Shown: positions 28,757 to 37,667, counted from the stretch's first letter. The stretch is 64,000 nucleotides of DNA from Solirubrobacterales bacterium (GCA_038276395.1 JBBQAA010000044.1:187-64186); one strand, 5' to 3'. The notes: generated by a model from the sequence alone, not told the origin. Numbers and translations: made by a program.

Positions 28757-29270
28757 CCCTCGAAGGCTAGATGCACCCGGGGTCCGGGCGCGCGCCGGAG
28801 GGGTCGGGGCCGCGCCCGGGGAGTTTGCGAGCCGCGCCGGCGGGGGGAAGGAGAGCGAGGACCCGCGGCGGCGCCGAGGCGCGCGGAGGTCTCGGCGCCG
28901 CGGACTGCCGCATCTTGGCGCCTGGGGGGCTACTACTCAACACTCGGCGCGGCCGGCGCTCCCCCTCGCTCGAAACTTGATGCGGGGTGGTCTCGGCCGT
29001 GGGCCGGGGGGTGCGCGGCGCCCGCCGCACTCAGGGACCGTCCCCGCCGGGGGGTGGGCTGCATCCCGTGACTCCAGGGCGCGAATTGCCGCCCACCCCT
29101 GGCGCACGCCCGCCTCGGACCCGCCGAGCACCGACCGTCGAGTCGAACCCACTACAGGGAGCCGAAGCTGCGACAGCCCGTACCCCGGCCGCCCGGCATC
29201 CCCTTCCGCATCCTCCTTCTCCCAGCCCGTCCCGCCCGCTCCCGCCGGCCCCATGCGCCGACGCCCCCCA

Positions 29271-31490
29271 TTAGGTGCCGGCCGTGCGGGCGCTCGCCAC
29301 GTCGGCGAGCTCACGCCCGAGCCGCGCCCGGTAGCCGGCGGCGGCGCGGCGCGGAGCGCCCCGCGGCGCCGGCCACAGCGCGAGCAGGCCCCCGAGGAAG
29401 ACGACGATCCCGCCGAGCCAGATCCACGAGACCATCGGGGAGACGATGAGGTGGAAATTGGCCGCCCACGGATGCGTGACCCACGTCCGCGCGAGCCCGC
29501 CGACGACGGCGTTCCGCGCGTCCACGAAGGCCGTGAGCTGGCGGGGCGAGCGCACGACCCGCGTGGCCGCCTGGAACTGGCGGTCGCGAAAGGCGAGCTG
29601 GCGCTGGAGCGGGCCAAGCGAGACGTCGATGTCCACCCACTTGTCGCGGGTGAACCCGGCTTGCAGCCCGACCTCGCTCGTGGGTTCGCCGGTGAAGAAC
29701 CGCGACACGGGCGCCTGGAAGGGGCCGAGGGTCGTGTCGGGATAGAAGCCGCGGGTCGTGCGCAGCCGCGTGACGTGGCCGCCGCGGGCCAGGTCGAGCA
29801 CGGCGCCGAGGGAGATCTTCTCGCTCCCGACCGCGGCCGTCGGGCGCACGAAGGTCACGGTGTAGCCGTCGATCCGTGTGTGCTGGCCGGGCTTCAGCGA
29901 GACCTCGGAGGTGTGCTGGAAGGCCGAGGAGGCGGCGACGCCGACGAACAGCAGCGCCATCCCCGCATGCACGGTGTAGCCGCCGTAGCGGCGGCGGTTG
30001 CGCCGCACGAGGGAGAGGAGCGCCGCCGGCGGCGCCTCTCCGCTCATGGCCCGGCGCGCGCGCGTGCCGCGCACGAGCTCCTGCGCCACGCCGCCGAGGA
30101 CGACCGCAGCGAGGCCGAACATGATGAGCGCGAGCGGCTTGCGGCCCGCGTCCGTCCCCACCACGAGGAGCACGAGCGTCGCGACCCCGATCCCCACCGG
30201 GACGGCGAGCGAGCGCCGCGCGCTGGCCCACGTCGCCCGGCGCCAGGCGAGCAGCGGGCCAACGCCGGCGAGCAGCACGAGCAGGAGCGCGAAGGGCACC
30301 GTGTAGCGGTCAAACCACGGCGGCCCGAGCGAGTGGCGCGTACCCGTCAGCGCCTCGGAGATGAGCGGGAAGAAGGTCCCCCACCAGATCGCGAAGGCGA
30401 GGCCGGCGAGCACGAGGTTCTGCACGAGGAAGATCGCCTCGCGCGAGACGAGCGACTCGAGCCGGTAGTCCGTGCGCAGCGAGGCCCGGCGCGAGACGAC
30501 GAGGTAGACCGACCCCCCGATCATCAGCCCGAGCAGGATGAGGAACGGCGCGCCGAGCGTCGAGGCGCCGAAGGCGTGGATCGAGTCGAGGATCCCCGAG
30601 CGCACGAGGAACGTCCCCATGATCGCGAGGATGCCCGTCGTCAGCACGAGCGAGGCGTTCCACACCTTGAGCATCCCGCGCTTCTCCTGGACCATGATGG
30701 AGTGGATGAACGCCGTGCCCGTGAGCCAGGGCAGCAGCGAGGCGTTCTCGACGGCGTCCCAGCCCCAGTAGCCGCCCCAGCCGAGCTCGGTGTAGCTCCA
30801 GCGCGCGCCGAGCAGGATCCCGATGCCGAGGAAGAACCAGGCGGCCAGCGCGAAGCGGCGGGTGGCGCGGATCCACTCGGCGCCGACCTGGCGGGTGACG
30901 AGCGCGCCCACGGCGAAGGCGAAGGGCACGGCGAACAGCGTGTAGCCCGAGTAGAGCATCGGCGGGTGGAACATCATCGACGGGTGGCGGAGCAGCGGGT
31001 TCAGGCCCGTGCCGTCGGAGGCGGCCGCGGCGAGCTGCGCGAAGGGCTGGGCGGCGAAGACGAGCAGGCCGAGGAAGAACACCGAGAAGGCGAGCAGGAC
31101 GGCGGTGGCGATCGGCGCGATCTCCTTGAGGCGGCGCCCGACGGTGATGAGCGCGACGCTCGACCACACCGACAGGAGCCACACCCACAGCAGCAGCGAG
31201 CCCTCCTGCGAGGACCACGCGGCGGTCGCCTTGTAGAACGTCGGCGTCGTCAGGCTCGAGTGGGAGGCCACGATCGCGAAAGAGAAGTCCGAGCGCAGGA
31301 AGGCGATCTCGAGGATCGCGAAGGCGAGCGTCAGCAGGCCGGCGAGGACCCACACGGCGCGGCGGCCGGAGGCGGCCCAGGCCGCGCCGCGGCCCGTGAC
31401 GCCGAGGCGGGCGCCGGCGAGGCACGCGCCGATGCCGTAGAGCGAGCAGGCCAGCGCCAGGATGAGGAGCGCCCGGCCCGTCGTGGCCAC
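29271..31490 (-). CDS. ccmF: Cytochrome c-type biogenesis heme lyase CcmF
   Basis: 739 aa, polytopic, with the WWD-type region WGGYWGWDAVEN and conserved His-containing helices. The GTG start is 1 nt after the ccmE stop. Confidence 0.9.
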   Translation of the reverse strand: MATTGRALLILALACSLYGIGACLAGARLGVTGRGAAWAASGRRAVWVLAGLLTLAFAILEIAFLRSDFSFAIVASHSSLTTPTFYKATAAWSSQEGSLLLWVWLLSVWSSVALITVGRRLKEIAPIATAVLLAFSVFFLGLLVFAAQPFAQLAAAASDGTGLNPLLRHPSMMFHPPMLYSGYTLFAVPFAFAVGALVTRQVGAEWIRATRRFALAAWFFLGIGILLGARWSYTELGWGGYWGWDAVENASLLPWLTGTAFIHSIMVQEKRGMLKVWNASLVLTTGILAIMGTFLVRSGILDSIHAFGASTLGAPFLILLGLMIGGSVYLVVSRRASLRTDYRLESLVSREAIFLVQNLVLAGLAFAIWWGTFFPLISEALTGTRHSLGPPWFDRYTVPFALLLVLLAGVGPLLAWRRATWASARRSLAVPVGIGVATLVLLVVGTDAGRKPLALIMFGLAAVVLGGVAQELVRGTRARRAMSGEAPPAALLSLVRRNRRRYGGYTVHAGMALLFVGVAASSAFQHTSEVSLKPGQHTRIDGYTVTFVRPTAAVGSEKISLGAVLDLARGGHVTRLRTTRGFYPDTTLGPFQAPVSRFFTGEPTSEVGLQAGFTRDKWVDIDVSLGPLQRQLAFRDRQFQAATRVVRSPRQLTAFVDARNAVVGGLARTWVTHPWAANFHLIVSPMVSWIWLGGIVVFLGGLLALWPAPRGAPRRAAAGYRARLGRELADVASARTAGT

Positions 31491-31491
31491 G

Positions 31492-31899
31492 TCAGTACGC
31501 CTTGGGCGGCGCGGCCTTGAACTTCGACGGGCACTTCGTCGTCAGCGAGTCGGGTGCGCCGACGAAGCGGTCGCCCTCCCTGCGCACCTGCACGATGACC
31601 TCGCGCCCGACGCGGAAGGGGTCGGGTACCTCGCCCGTGTAGGAGACGGGCACCGAGGCCGAGCCCTTCCGGTCCTGCACCGAGAAGAGCAGCGTCCGCC
31701 CCTCCTGATGCACCGAGCCCGCGGCCACCCTGCCGGTCAGCTCGTAGCTGCGGCCCGGGAGCGCCGAGGCGGCGAGCTCACTCGGGGTCTTGGCCTCGGT
31801 CGAGGCGGTGAAGCTCGTGTAGATGAGCGCGCCGGCGAGCAGGAGCGCAGCCGTGAGGGCGACGCCGAGGCGAAGCGTGCGCTTGCGGGCGGGGTCCAT
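31492..31899 (-). CDS. ccmE: Heme chaperone CcmE, Cys-type variant (CPSKF in place of HxxxY)
   Basis: N-terminal TM anchor, OB-fold pattern (Y.LTG.V..GSV......F.V.D.......V.Y.G..PD.F......V), and C-terminal KCPSKF encoded at 31519..31533. Confidence 0.85.
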   Translation of the reverse strand: MDPARKRTLRLGVALTAALLLAGALIYTSFTASTEAKTPSELAASALPGRSYELTGRVAAGSVHQEGRTLLFSVQDRKGSASVPVSYTGEVPDPFRVGREVIVQVRREGDRFVGAPDSLTTKCPSKFKAAPPKAY

Positions 31900-32024
31900 C
31901 GCGTCCGGATTGTATGGCGGGAGGCGGCCCGGCACGGCGCTTCCGCGCGCCGTATGAAATCGAGATGAACTCCGTGCCGAAACGCGCAACTCCGGGCAGG
32001 GAGTGGAGTTCAGGGATAGAAGCC

Positions 32025-32252
32025 ATGCCCATGCCCGCCCTTCGCACCCGCGCCCGCCGCCGCGCCACGCCGGCCCGGCGCATCCACACGATCGCCGTCC
32101 CCGAGCCGCCCCGCTCGGAGGTCGATCGCCACCGCCGCGCCGGCGGTCCCGAGGACGTCGCCCTCTACACCTGCGGCTGCGGCTGCTCCTTCTCCGCCGC
32201 GGTCTCGGCGACCGTCGGCTGCCCGCGCTGCGGCTCAGACCAGGCCTGGTAG
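32025..32252 (+). CDS. Hypothetical zinc-ribbon-like small protein
   Basis: 75 aa ending YTCGCGCSF...GCPRCGSDQAW (four-Cys ribbon). The N-terminus is Arg-rich. Support is weak. Confidence 0.35.
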   Translation: MPMPALRTRARRRATPARRIHTIAVPEPPRSEVDRHRRAGGPEDVALYTCGCGCSFSAAVSATVGCPRCGSDQAW

Positions 32253-32320
32253 CGGGCCGCGTCCCCACCGGCCACGCCTCGCTCGGCTCGGCTCGGCTCG
32301 GCGCGAGCCCGAAGCCGCCT

Positions 32321-33325
32321 TCAGGCCTCGGCCACCTGCAGCACGAGCTTGCCGGTGTTGGCGCCCTCGAAGAGCTGCAGGAGCGTGGCGGGGAAGGCCT
32401 CGATGCCACCCTCCACGACGTCCTCGCGGGCGACGAGCCGGCCCTCCTGCATCCAGCCGCCGATCTCCTTGGCGGCCTGGCCGTAGCGCTCGGCGAAGTC
32501 GAAGACGACGAAGCCCTCCATGCGGGCGCGGTTGACCAGCAGCGAGAGGTAGTTCGCGGGCCCGGCCGGCGGCTCCTCCGCGTTGTAGATCGAGATCGCG
32601 CCGCAGATCGCCACGCGCGCGCCCTGGCCCAGGCGCGCCAGGGCGGCATCGAGGATCTCGCCGCCCACGTTGTCGAAGTAGACGTCGAGCCGCGGCTGCT
32701 CGCGCAGCGCCGCGCCCACGTCGCCCGCCTTGTAGTCGATCGCGGCGTCGAAGCCGAGCTCGCGCAGCCAGGCGCACTTCTCCTCGCCGCCGGCGATCCC
32801 GATGACCGTGCAGCCCTTGATCTTCGCGATCTGGCCGGCGACGCTCCCCACCGCTCCGGCCGCGCCGGAGATGAGCACGGTGTCGCCCTCCTTCGCCGCG
32901 GCCACGTCGAGCAGGCCGAAGTAGGCGGTCATGCCGGTCATTCCCAGCGCGCCCAGGTACGCGGGCAGGGGCGCGAGATCCGGGTCCACCTTCCGCGCCT
33001 CCTTGCCCGAGACCGTCGCGTACTCCTGCACGCCGAAGATCCCGGTCACGTGGTCGCCCTCGGCGAGCTGCGGATGGCGCGAGGCGACGACGCGGCCGAC
33101 CGAGCCCGCGCGCATCACGTCCCCGATCCCCACCGGCTCGATGTAGGAGCGCCCCTCGTTCATCCACCCGCGCATCGCGGGGTCGAGGGAGAGATAGAGC
33201 GCCTGGACGACGGCCTCCCCCTCGCCCGGGTCGGCGACGGGCTCCTCGGTCTGCTCCCAGTCGGAGTCCTTGGGCAGGCCCTGAGGGCGGGCGGCGAGGC
33301 GGATCTGGTGGTTGGTGGCGTCCAT
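32321..33325 (-). CDS. NADP-dependent oxidoreductase, MDR superfamily (YncB/CurA/PTGR-like)
   Basis: LYLSLDPAMRG...GMTGMTAY.GL...G.TVLISGAAGAVGS.AGQIAK..G. Start at ATG 33325. Confidence 0.85.
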   Translation of the reverse strand: MDATNHQIRLAARPQGLPKDSDWEQTEEPVADPGEGEAVVQALYLSLDPAMRGWMNEGRSYIEPVGIGDVMRAGSVGRVVASRHPQLAEGDHVTGIFGVQEYATVSGKEARKVDPDLAPLPAYLGALGMTGMTAYFGLLDVAAAKEGDTVLISGAAGAVGSVAGQIAKIKGCTVIGIAGGEEKCAWLRELGFDAAIDYKAGDVGAALREQPRLDVYFDNVGGEILDAALARLGQGARVAICGAISIYNAEEPPAGPANYLSLLVNRARMEGFVVFDFAERYGQAAKEIGGWMQEGRLVAREDVVEGGIEAFPATLLQLFEGANTGKLVLQVAEA

Positions 33326-33400
33326 GCGGGCCGACGGTACACCCCGGGCGGGCGCGCCGGGTTCGTGAGGGGAACCCCCGCGGCGGGTAGTCCCGCTCCC

Positions 33401-33616
33401 ATGGCCGCCAAGGATCTGAGGAGAGGCGACCGCGTCGAGTGGCAGAGCCACGGCTCGACCGCGGTCGGCAGAGTCGAGAAGAAGATCACCTCGGAGACCG
33501 AGGAGGCGGGCCGGAAGGTCAAGGCCTCCGAGACGGAGCCGCAGTACAAGGTGCGCTCGGAGAAGTCCGGCGGCGACGCCGCGCACCGGCCCGCGGCGCT
33601 TGAGCGCAAGCACTGA
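33401..33616 (+). CDS. DUF2945-family (Tudor-like) small protein
   Basis: GDRVEWQSHGSTAVGRVEKKIT....G..VKAS...P.Y.V.S.KSG..A.H. Confidence 0.7.
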   Translation: MAAKDLRRGDRVEWQSHGSTAVGRVEKKITSETEEAGRKVKASETEPQYKVRSEKSGGDAAHRPAALERKH

Positions 33617-33797
33617 GTTCGAGGCCCGCCCGCCCCCGCTGACGGGGAGAGAGAGTGCGCCAGCGGGAGCGGAACGGCGCCGGCGACCGCAGTTCCGGCG
33701 ACGCGCTCCCACGCCGTGACTCGAGCGGGCGAGCTCTGGGGTCGTCGACATCCTCGCGGCCCGTGGCCCTCGCGGCTATCGACCGGCGGGCGGAGAT

Positions 33798-34952
33798 CTA
33801 GGTCGTCGTACTGGACCGGCGGTCCAGCACGCCCGCGGTGAACTCCCCCGCCAGCTCGCCGGCGAGCAGCCGCAGGTCGTCGAGGGCCTCGGCGCGCTCG
33901 CGCTGGCGCCGGGAGCCCGGGCGTTCGCCGAGCTCGCCCGCGAGCTCGAGCTCGGTCAGGCAGCCGAGCTCCTCGGCGTGCGGGCGCGCCGCCTCGATGA
34001 GCGCCTCGAGCTGCTCGGTGGCGGGCACCCGGCAGCGCCCTTCGGGATCGAGGAACCGGCCCTCCATCCCGTCGCGGGCGGCGATGAAGCGGTTCTCGAC
34101 GAGCGCCTCGGGGGAGGCGAGCAGCGCGTCGGAGACGTAGCCCTCCTCGAGCTCCAGCCGCGCGACCGACTGGATGAGCGCGCACAGCCCCGCGGTGTCG
34201 GCGACCGAGGTCTGGGCGTCCATGATCCGGATCTCGATCGTGCCGAAGCGCGGCTGGGGGCGGACGTCCCACCACAGGAAGGTCGGCTCGAGGAAGGCCT
34301 GGCAGTCGATCAGCAGCCTCACGGCGTCCACCCACCCGGCGTAGGAGGAGAACGGCCGCGGGATCCCCACCCGCGGGAAGGCCTGAAAGAGCGGCGTGCG
34401 GGAGGAGGCGAGGCCCGAGTCCCGGCCCTGCCAGTAGGGGGAGTTGGCCGAGAGGGCGAGCAGGAGCGGCAGGTGCCCGCGTAGGCGGTTGTAGAGGCGA
34501 ATGGCGTCCCCGGCCTCCGCGACCCCGACGTGGACGTGCAGGGCGAAGGTCGGCTCGCGGCGGGCCAGCTCGCGCATGTCGCGGTAGACGAGCTGGTAGC
34601 GGTCCCCCGAGGAGACCCGGGTGTCCTCCCACACCGCGCAGGGATGCGTGCCCGCGGCGGCGGCGAAGAGCCCGTGGGCGTTCAGCGCCTGGGCCAGCCG
34701 CGCCCGCAGGTCGCGCAGATCCCCCGCCACGGCGGCGACGCTACGGCCGGGCCGCGTGGCGAGCTCGAGCGCCGAGCCGTGGGTCTCGGCGGTGAGCGAG
34801 CCCGCGACGAGCTCCGGGACCTGGGCGAAGGCGCGCTCGGCGTCCTGCTCGAGCGACCAGTCCTCGGGGTCGACGACCATGACCTCCTCCTCGATCCCCA
34901 GCGTGTAGGGCTCGGAGGGGACCCACTCCGTCCACGCGCGGGACGGGCTCAC
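33798..34952 (-). CDS. Carboxylate-amine ligase, GCS2/YbdK family
   Basis: TLGIEEEVMVVD...ETHGSALELAT...ALHVHVGV...ANSPYW.G.D.G..S.R. The GTG at 34952 overlaps the upstream TGA. Confidence 0.85.
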   Translation of the reverse strand: MSPSRAWTEWVPSEPYTLGIEEEVMVVDPEDWSLEQDAERAFAQVPELVAGSLTAETHGSALELATRPGRSVAAVAGDLRDLRARLAQALNAHGLFAAAAGTHPCAVWEDTRVSSGDRYQLVYRDMRELARREPTFALHVHVGVAEAGDAIRLYNRLRGHLPLLLALSANSPYWQGRDSGLASSRTPLFQAFPRVGIPRPFSSYAGWVDAVRLLIDCQAFLEPTFLWWDVRPQPRFGTIEIRIMDAQTSVADTAGLCALIQSVARLELEEGYVSDALLASPEALVENRFIAARDGMEGRFLDPEGRCRVPATEQLEALIEAARPHAEELGCLTELELAGELGERPGSRRQRERAEALDDLRLLAGELAGEFTAGVLDRRSSTTT

Positions 34953-36346
34953 GCCAGCACCCAGGTGTCCTTGCCCCCGCCGCGCTGGGAGGAGTTGACG
35001 ACGAGCGCGCCCTCCCCGAGGGCGACCCGGGTGAGGCCCCCGGGCGGGACGCGGACGCCGGCCGGGCCGGCGAACGCGTAGGGCCGGAGGTCGACGTGGC
35101 GGGGCGCGAGGACGCCGCCCGCCACCACCGTCGGGCAGCGGGAGAGCGCGATCGTCGGCTGGGCGACCCAGCGCTCCGGCGCCTTCCGGATGCGCTCCGC
35201 GGCGGCGTCCACGTCCGCCGCCGTGGCGTGGGCGCAGACGACGACCCCGTAGCCGCCGTGCCCCTCGCGCGGCTTGACGACGAGCTCGGGCAGGCGCTCG
35301 AGCGCCTCCTGGAGGCACGCGGGGTCGGTGAGGTCGTAGGTCGAGACCGAGGCGAGGAGCGGCTCCTCCTCCAGGTACAGGCGCACGAGCTCCTCGACGT
35401 GGGCGTGGATCGCCTTGTCGTCGGCCACGCCCGTGCCGTAGCCGTTGACGATCCCGAGGCGCCCCGCGAACCAGGGCTCGAGCACGAGCGCGCCGATCGG
35501 TGTAGGCGTTCCGTCCACGGCGAAGGCGCGGTCCTCGTCGGTGCGCCGGTAGACGACGTCGACGGGCGTTCGCCGGCCATCCTCGCCGCGGAGGAACAGC
35601 TCCTCCCCCCGCCGCTCGAGCTCCGCGACCGTCACCAGGGGGACCCCGAGGGCGCGCGCGGCACGGGTGTGCTCGAAGTAGGCCGAGTTGCCCGGGCCGT
35701 CGGTCAGGACGACCGCGGCGGGCTCCTCCACTCCGAGCGGCGCGGCGGCGCGGATCGCCTCGGCCAAGCCGGCCAGGGAGCCGGCGCCGAAGTCGCGCTC
35801 GGGCAGGGGGAGCTCCTCGGCCAGGGCGCTGCGCGCGGCGGCGGCGTAGGCGTAGCCCGAGGGGGTGCGCACGTTGTCCTCGAGCACGAGGAAGGCCCCG
35901 CCGTCGCCGCGGACGATGTCGAGCCCGGCGACGCCGATCAGCGGCGCGTCGGGCACCCGGCCCCTCAGCCCGGGCTCGTAGCCGGCCGCGGTCTCGATTG
36001 CCGCCTCGGGCACGACGCCCTCGGCCACGCACCGGCGCTCACCGTAGGCGTCGTGGACGAAGGCCTCGAGCGCGTGCACGCGCTGGGCGACCCCGGCGGC
36101 GAGGCCGTCCCACTCCGGGGCGGTCAGGAGCCGCGGCACCGGGTCGACGACGAACGGCGCGCCGGTCTCACGGGAGCCGAAGACGACCCCGCGCTCGGCC
36201 AGCCGGGCGCCGACCCGCGCGTGCACGCGCTCGAGCCCCAGCTCCTCTAGCCGCGCGAGCACCGGCGCGTAGTGGGGACGGGGCTCGCCGGGCGCGGAGA
36301 ACGCCTCGTCGTAGCCGTCGGTGAAGGGGGCGAGGGAGGAGGCCAT
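34949..36346 (-). CDS. Circularly permuted type 2 ATP-grasp protein
   Basis: 465 aa with the characteristic YDE....G..RPHY..........L and LVVKP..G.GG.G....... pattern of the CP_ATPgrasp_2 family. Confidence 0.85.
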   Translation of the reverse strand: MASSLAPFTDGYDEAFSAPGEPRPHYAPVLARLEELGLERVHARVGARLAERGVVFGSRETGAPFVVDPVPRLLTAPEWDGLAAGVAQRVHALEAFVHDAYGERRCVAEGVVPEAAIETAAGYEPGLRGRVPDAPLIGVAGLDIVRGDGGAFLVLEDNVRTPSGYAYAAAARSALAEELPLPERDFGAGSLAGLAEAIRAAAPLGVEEPAAVVLTDGPGNSAYFEHTRAARALGVPLVTVAELERRGEELFLRGEDGRRTPVDVVYRRTDEDRAFAVDGTPTPIGALVLEPWFAGRLGIVNGYGTGVADDKAIHAHVEELVRLYLEEEPLLASVSTYDLTDPACLQEALERLPELVVKPREGHGGYGVVVCAHATAADVDAAAERIRKAPERWVAQPTIALSRCPTVVAGGVLAPRHVDLRPYAFAGPAGVRVPPGGLTRVALGEGALVVNSSQRGGGKDTWVLA

Positions 36347-36414
36347 GCGCGCAGCCGAACCTCAGAAGCCTTCCCCGTTGGCGCGTTCGGCACCCCTCGC
36401 CGGCGCGCGAGCGC

Positions 36415-37233
36415 TCAGCTCGCGAGCAGATCCGCGGAGCGTGGCCCGGGGCTCGCCGCCCGCTCCCGCGCGGCGGCGACGAACGCCTGGAAGAGCCCGA
36501 GCTGATCCGAGCGCTCGGAGGCCAGCGACTCCGCGTGCCACTGCACCCCGACGACGAAGCGCCCGTCGCCGTCCTCGAGCCCCTCGATCGTCCCGTCCGG
36601 CGCCCACGCCACCGGGCGCAGCCCCGCGCCGAGCCGGGCGGTGGCCTGGTGGTGGTAGGAGTTCACGCGGACCTCGGAGTCGCCGAGCATCCCCGCCAGC
36701 CGGCTCTCGGGATCGAGCGTGACGTCGTGGCACGCCGTCACCCCCTTCTCGGCACTGCGGTGCTCGACGGCCTCGCCGACGAGCTCGGGGAGGTGCTGGT
36801 GCAGCGTGCCGCCGCGCGCGACATTGAGGATCTGCAGCCCGCGGCAGATCGCCAGGACGGGAATCCCGGCGTGGTCCGCGCCGCGCACGAGCGCGAGCTC
36901 GAACTGGTCGAGGCCGGGGAAGGTCGGGCCGAGCTCGGCGTGGGGATCGGCGCCGTAGCAAGCGGGGTCGAGATCCGGGCCGCCCGAGAGGCAGACGCCG
37001 TCGACCCGCGCGAGGATCGAGGCCAGGGCGACCGCGCCGAGCGGCGGCACGACGACCGGGGTCCCCCCGGCGTCCTGCACGGCCTGCAGGTAGCGCAGCC
37101 CGAGCACCATCTCCCGCCGCGGCGGCTCGCCCCGGGCGATCGCCTGCGCGGGTGTGACATCGCGGATCTCCGAGGTGGAGACGGCGATGAGGGGCGCGCT
37201 GCGGTCGGACGGGACTTCGGCCACAAAGGACAT
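36415..37233 (-). CDS. Class I glutamine amidotransferase / peptidase C26 (gamma-glutamyl hydrolase, PuuD-like)
   Basis: Nucleophile elbow LAICRGLQILNVARGGTL and the VNSYHHQA His motif. Confidence 0.85.
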   Translation of the reverse strand: MSFVAEVPSDRSAPLIAVSTSEIRDVTPAQAIARGEPPRREMVLGLRYLQAVQDAGGTPVVVPPLGAVALASILARVDGVCLSGGPDLDPACYGADPHAELGPTFPGLDQFELALVRGADHAGIPVLAICRGLQILNVARGGTLHQHLPELVGEAVEHRSAEKGVTACHDVTLDPESRLAGMLGDSEVRVNSYHHQATARLGAGLRPVAWAPDGTIEGLEDGDGRFVVGVQWHAESLASERSDQLGLFQAFVAAARERAASPGPRSADLLAS

Positions 37234-37236
37234 TCT

Positions 37237-37458
37237 CTACCCCGCGGCGGCGGCATCCACGGTTCCGGTGAGTCGAAGGCCCGCACCGGCCTGCTCGGCG
37301 ACGAGGAGCTGGCGCGCGACGATCTCCGCGGCGGCGGGTGTCGGGGCGAGCACGCGGTAGGTCCCGCTCTGTGTCGCGGACGCGGCGGGGGCGGTGGGGG
37401 CGGCGCCGACAAAGGAGCCGGTGGCCTGGACGCGGAGGTAGGTCATGACCGGGAGCAT
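37237..37458 (-). CDS. Small Ala-rich protein (69-73 aa) ending ...VDAAAAG, first gene of the amidoligase operon
   Basis: The ORF shows high third-position GC when read codon by codon. Its stop is 3 nt before the amidotransferase ATG. I recognise no family. Confidence 0.4.
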   Translation of the reverse strand: MLPVMTYLRVQATGSFVGAAPTAPAASATQSGTYRVLAPTPAAAEIVARQLLVAEQAGAGLRLTGTVDAAAAG

Positions 37459-37667
37459 TCCCGCCGGCCGGGTCAGGCCGGTTGTCCCGGGGGCCCATAT
37501 TCGGAAGCCCCCGCCCCGCCCGCCGGTCGAGGTCCGCCGGGGAGGGCACGGCTGCGCTCAGCGCTCACCCGCCGTCCCGGTCGTCGCCCGGCCAGGAGGA
37601 AGGAGATCCCGCCCCGCCCACGCTGAAACTGGGCCGGACGGCGGGGAACCGGGCCGGATGGGGATCG

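Noticed and set aside
29120-29165. tmRNA/tRNA-like string GGGTTCGACTCGACGG on the minus strand of the ccmF-downstream gap.
   Set aside because: There is no GGGG acceptor start at the right distance, no complementary T-stem, no CCA-proximal T-arm about 350 nt downstream, and no plausible tag ORF ending in hydrophobic residues. It is treated only as part of an unexplained structured region.
28937-29251. 105-aa minus-strand ORF (MGPAGAGGTGWEKEDAEG...) filling part of the 514-nt gap, and a possible eroded ccmH.
   Set aside because: Third-position GC is clearly lower than in the neighbouring genes, and the composition is low complexity. No LRCxxC or other CcmH motif appears in any of the three frames. 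There is not enough evidence to call a CDS or pseudogene.
28578-31520. Very long plus-strand ORF (980 aa). Similar giant ORFs occur at 6338..9004 (-), 7414..10533 (+), 42220..45240 (+), 50693..54298 (+) and 16322..19243 (+).
   Set aside because: These are shadow ORFs typical of high-GC DNA. Their translations are Arg/Gly/Pro/Asp/Glu-rich low complexity. Each lies antisense to, or out of frame with, genes that have unmistakable family motifs (ccmF, ctaD, hypF, hhyL/hhyS and others).
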